A stretch of 62,019 nt of DNA, counting the filler. It is 7 parts of 7 records of this genome, joined end to end, with 100 filler letters (N's around TTAATTAATTAA, not from the genome) between each part and the next. Parts side by side here need not be neighbours in the genome. Positions count along the whole stretch, not along the records: positions 55,693 to 62,019 come from SRR20825010_6838; 6 more parts are not named here. One strand, 5' to 3'. This document shows positions 60,414 through 62,019 of the stretch, one piece after another. The position numbers and the translations under genes were made by a program. Numbering within the stretch: position 1 is the stretch's first letter; each line of letters begins with the position of its first letter. The notes under the pieces were generated by a model. It saw only the letters and a program-made list of their open reading frames with translations, ran no database searches and was not told where the DNA came from.

Positions 60414-61730
60414 TTAATGGTTGAACAGTTCTTTTTCTTTTTCGGGATCCATCTCATTCTTTGACTTTTTGTCCAAAAAATAATCCAGCACGATGCCCAC
60501 TATAATTGCTCCCACAAAAGCAACATACACCTGCCAGTTAAACTGAACTACCAGAGACAGGCTAATAATTATGGCCAAAATGGGTAGGATAGGTACTTTC
60601 CCTATGGAAAGGGGAACTTTAAAAGGTCTTTCTTTGTCAGGTGCTTTATAACGCAAAACGATGAGTGCAATATTCACAGCTACAAAAACGAGTAACGCCC
60701 CTAAAGAGGACATTCCTGCGACAATTTTAATATCTCCCAATAACAAAAATGCCGCTACCGCAGCCATAACCACCAGTGTAGTTACCCAGGGTACTTTCTG
60801 TGCATTGGTCTTGGTCATAAATTTTGGAAGCTCGCCCACGCTTGCCATACCGAAAAGCAACCTGCTAATGGAAATAATGCCACTAAAAGCCGCATTAGCC
60901 GTAGCAAAAAGTGCCGCAACTGCCAGGGCTACGGGCAACCAGGAATTTAAATTTGAAGCGGCCAGCGACAATGGGGAATTTACCTTTGCTATTTCTGCGG
61001 GGTCACTTATATTGAGTACCGTAAAAGATATTAGTAGGTATATAATTGTGGTAAACACCATTGTCAATAAAAATGCCCTCGGAATCGTCTTGCCCGGATT
61101 TTTTACCTCGGAACCCAATGCTGCCATATGCTCAAAGCCGGTATAAACAAAAAATAAGGTAGCAGTCGCTGCCAGGGTGCCGGAAAAGGACTCCACTTTA
61201 AAAAATTCTGATTTTGGTGGTCCTGTTTCCAAAAGTCCGACCGCAATAAGAATAAACAATCCCAATAGCTGAATACTGACCATAATGATATTGGCGGTAG
61301 ATGATTTTTTGATGCCCGTAATGCTTATCAATGCAAGAATCAGTAGCACAGCATAGCTAACCAGTAAGGAAGGGATGTTAAAAAACGTATTGAAATACCC
61401 TGAAAAAGCAAGTAGCACCGCGGCGATGGTGGCCGAACTGTGAAATGCAATCGTCCAACCTGTTAGAAAAGATGGAATGTCGATTTTTGGAAAAGCTTTC
61501 CGTACAAAAATGAATTCTGCACCGGCATTAGGATAGGTAGAGGACAGCTCTGCATACGACATTGCCGAGACACTGGCCGCAATGGCGGCAAAAATAAAAC
61601 TCAACCAAAGGTCTGTTCCCGCCTGTCCAGCGGCTGCACCAATTACAGTATATATTCCAGCACCAACAATGGTACCTACACCATAAAAAGTAAGGCGAAG
61701 AGTACCCAGAGATTTTTTTAATTCTGCCAT
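60414..61730 (-). CDS. APC-family amino acid permease
   Basis: GTIVGAGIY, YAELSSTYPNAG, FFVYTGFE, EVKNP. Confidence 0.92.
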   Translation of the reverse strand: MAELKKSLGTLRLTFYGVGTIVGAGIYTVIGAAAGQAGTDLWLSFIFAAIAASVSAMSYAELSSTYPNAGAEFIFVRKAFPKIDIPSFLTGWTIAFHSSATIAAVLLAFSGYFNTFFNIPSLLVSYAVLLILALISITGIKKSSTANIIMVSIQLLGLFILIAVGLLETGPPKSEFFKVESFSGTLAATATLFFVYTGFEHMAALGSEVKNPGKTIPRAFLLTMVFTTIIYLLISFTVLNISDPAEIAKVNSPLSLAASNLNSWLPVALAVAALFATANAAFSGIISISRLLFGMASVGELPKFMTKTNAQKVPWVTTLVVMAAVAAFLLLGDIKIVAGMSSLGALLVFVAVNIALIVLRYKAPDKERPFKVPLSIGKVPILPILAIIISLSLVVQFNWQVYVAFVGAIIVGIVLDYFLDKKSKNEMDPEKEKELFNH

Positions 61731-61748
61731 AATACTATTAGTAATATA

Positions 61749-61934
61749 TTATCCATTTCTATCTAAATTCCTTTTTTCCATCTCTGCCTTTACGATGCCA
61801 CGCTCAATAGCCTCTTCTTTTGAACAATTTTTGTTCAAATAGAAATCCGTCGCATATTTTAATGCTACTGCTCTAATATTTTCATCCAGCACATTTAGCC
61901 TCTCCTGGTAATCCTTAAATAAGTCCTCCTTCAT
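61749..61934 (-). CDS. 61-aa helical protein
   Basis: Shares an AL..A...KN..K..AI..GI.KAE pattern with 60228-60404. Confidence 0.72.
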   Translation of the reverse strand: MKEDLFKDYQERLNVLDENIRAVALKYATDFYLNKNCSKEEAIERGIVKAEMEKRNLDRNG

Positions 61935-62019
61935 TTTTTAAAATAGTTTTAGAACAAAAAACACCATAGTTAAGAGATATACAATATACGCTGCATCGAA
62001 AACGAATATCTGCCATCTG

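Overview
The window is not one locus. It is seven unrelated contigs joined by 100-nt artificial spacers (N44-TTAATTAATTAA-N44). (1) 1-6455, GC-rich alphaproteobacterial: a frameshifted RelE/HigB toxin plus HTH antitoxin, tenA, fdx, cysteine desulfurase, cysE, an alpha/beta hydrolase, anmK and partial tyrS. (2) 6556-11352, alphaproteobacterial: a betaine/histidine-type ABC transporter flanked by a MIO-less ammonia-lyase and the C-terminus of a second HutH-like lyase. (3) 11453-20762, Flavobacteriaceae core genes: rhomboid, EEP, WbqC, udk, FtsB-like, methylmalonyl-CoA mutase, SelO and msrA. (4) 20863-34419, a Flavobacteriaceae accessory island next to a tRNA-Leu. (5) 34520-40563, probably gammaproteobacterial: TetR, cysC, sat, a DHH phosphoesterase, a K+/H+ antiporter and an FAD oxidoreductase. 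(6) 40664-55592, Flavobacteriaceae core genes: mutL, ribH, recF, ndk, phoD, nrnA, gldI and a PPIase. (7) 55693-62019, the edge of a Bacteroidetes ICE: xis-like gene, rteC, a membrane LuxR regulator and cargo. The best candidate for an undescribed system is contig 4. It carries a five-gene operon (ECF sigma, TM-TPR anti-sigma, membrane-anchored TPR-CHAT caspase-like protease, membrane-anchored GyrA-CTD-like beta-pinwheel protein, HExxH peptidase). Four flanking transcription units each carry the same bipartite element GGGTTACCTYTT-N10-CTATTAA, 18-46 nt before the start codon. This looks like a protease-controlled sigma switch packaged with its own readable regulon. All family calls come from motif recognition by eye; no database search was run.
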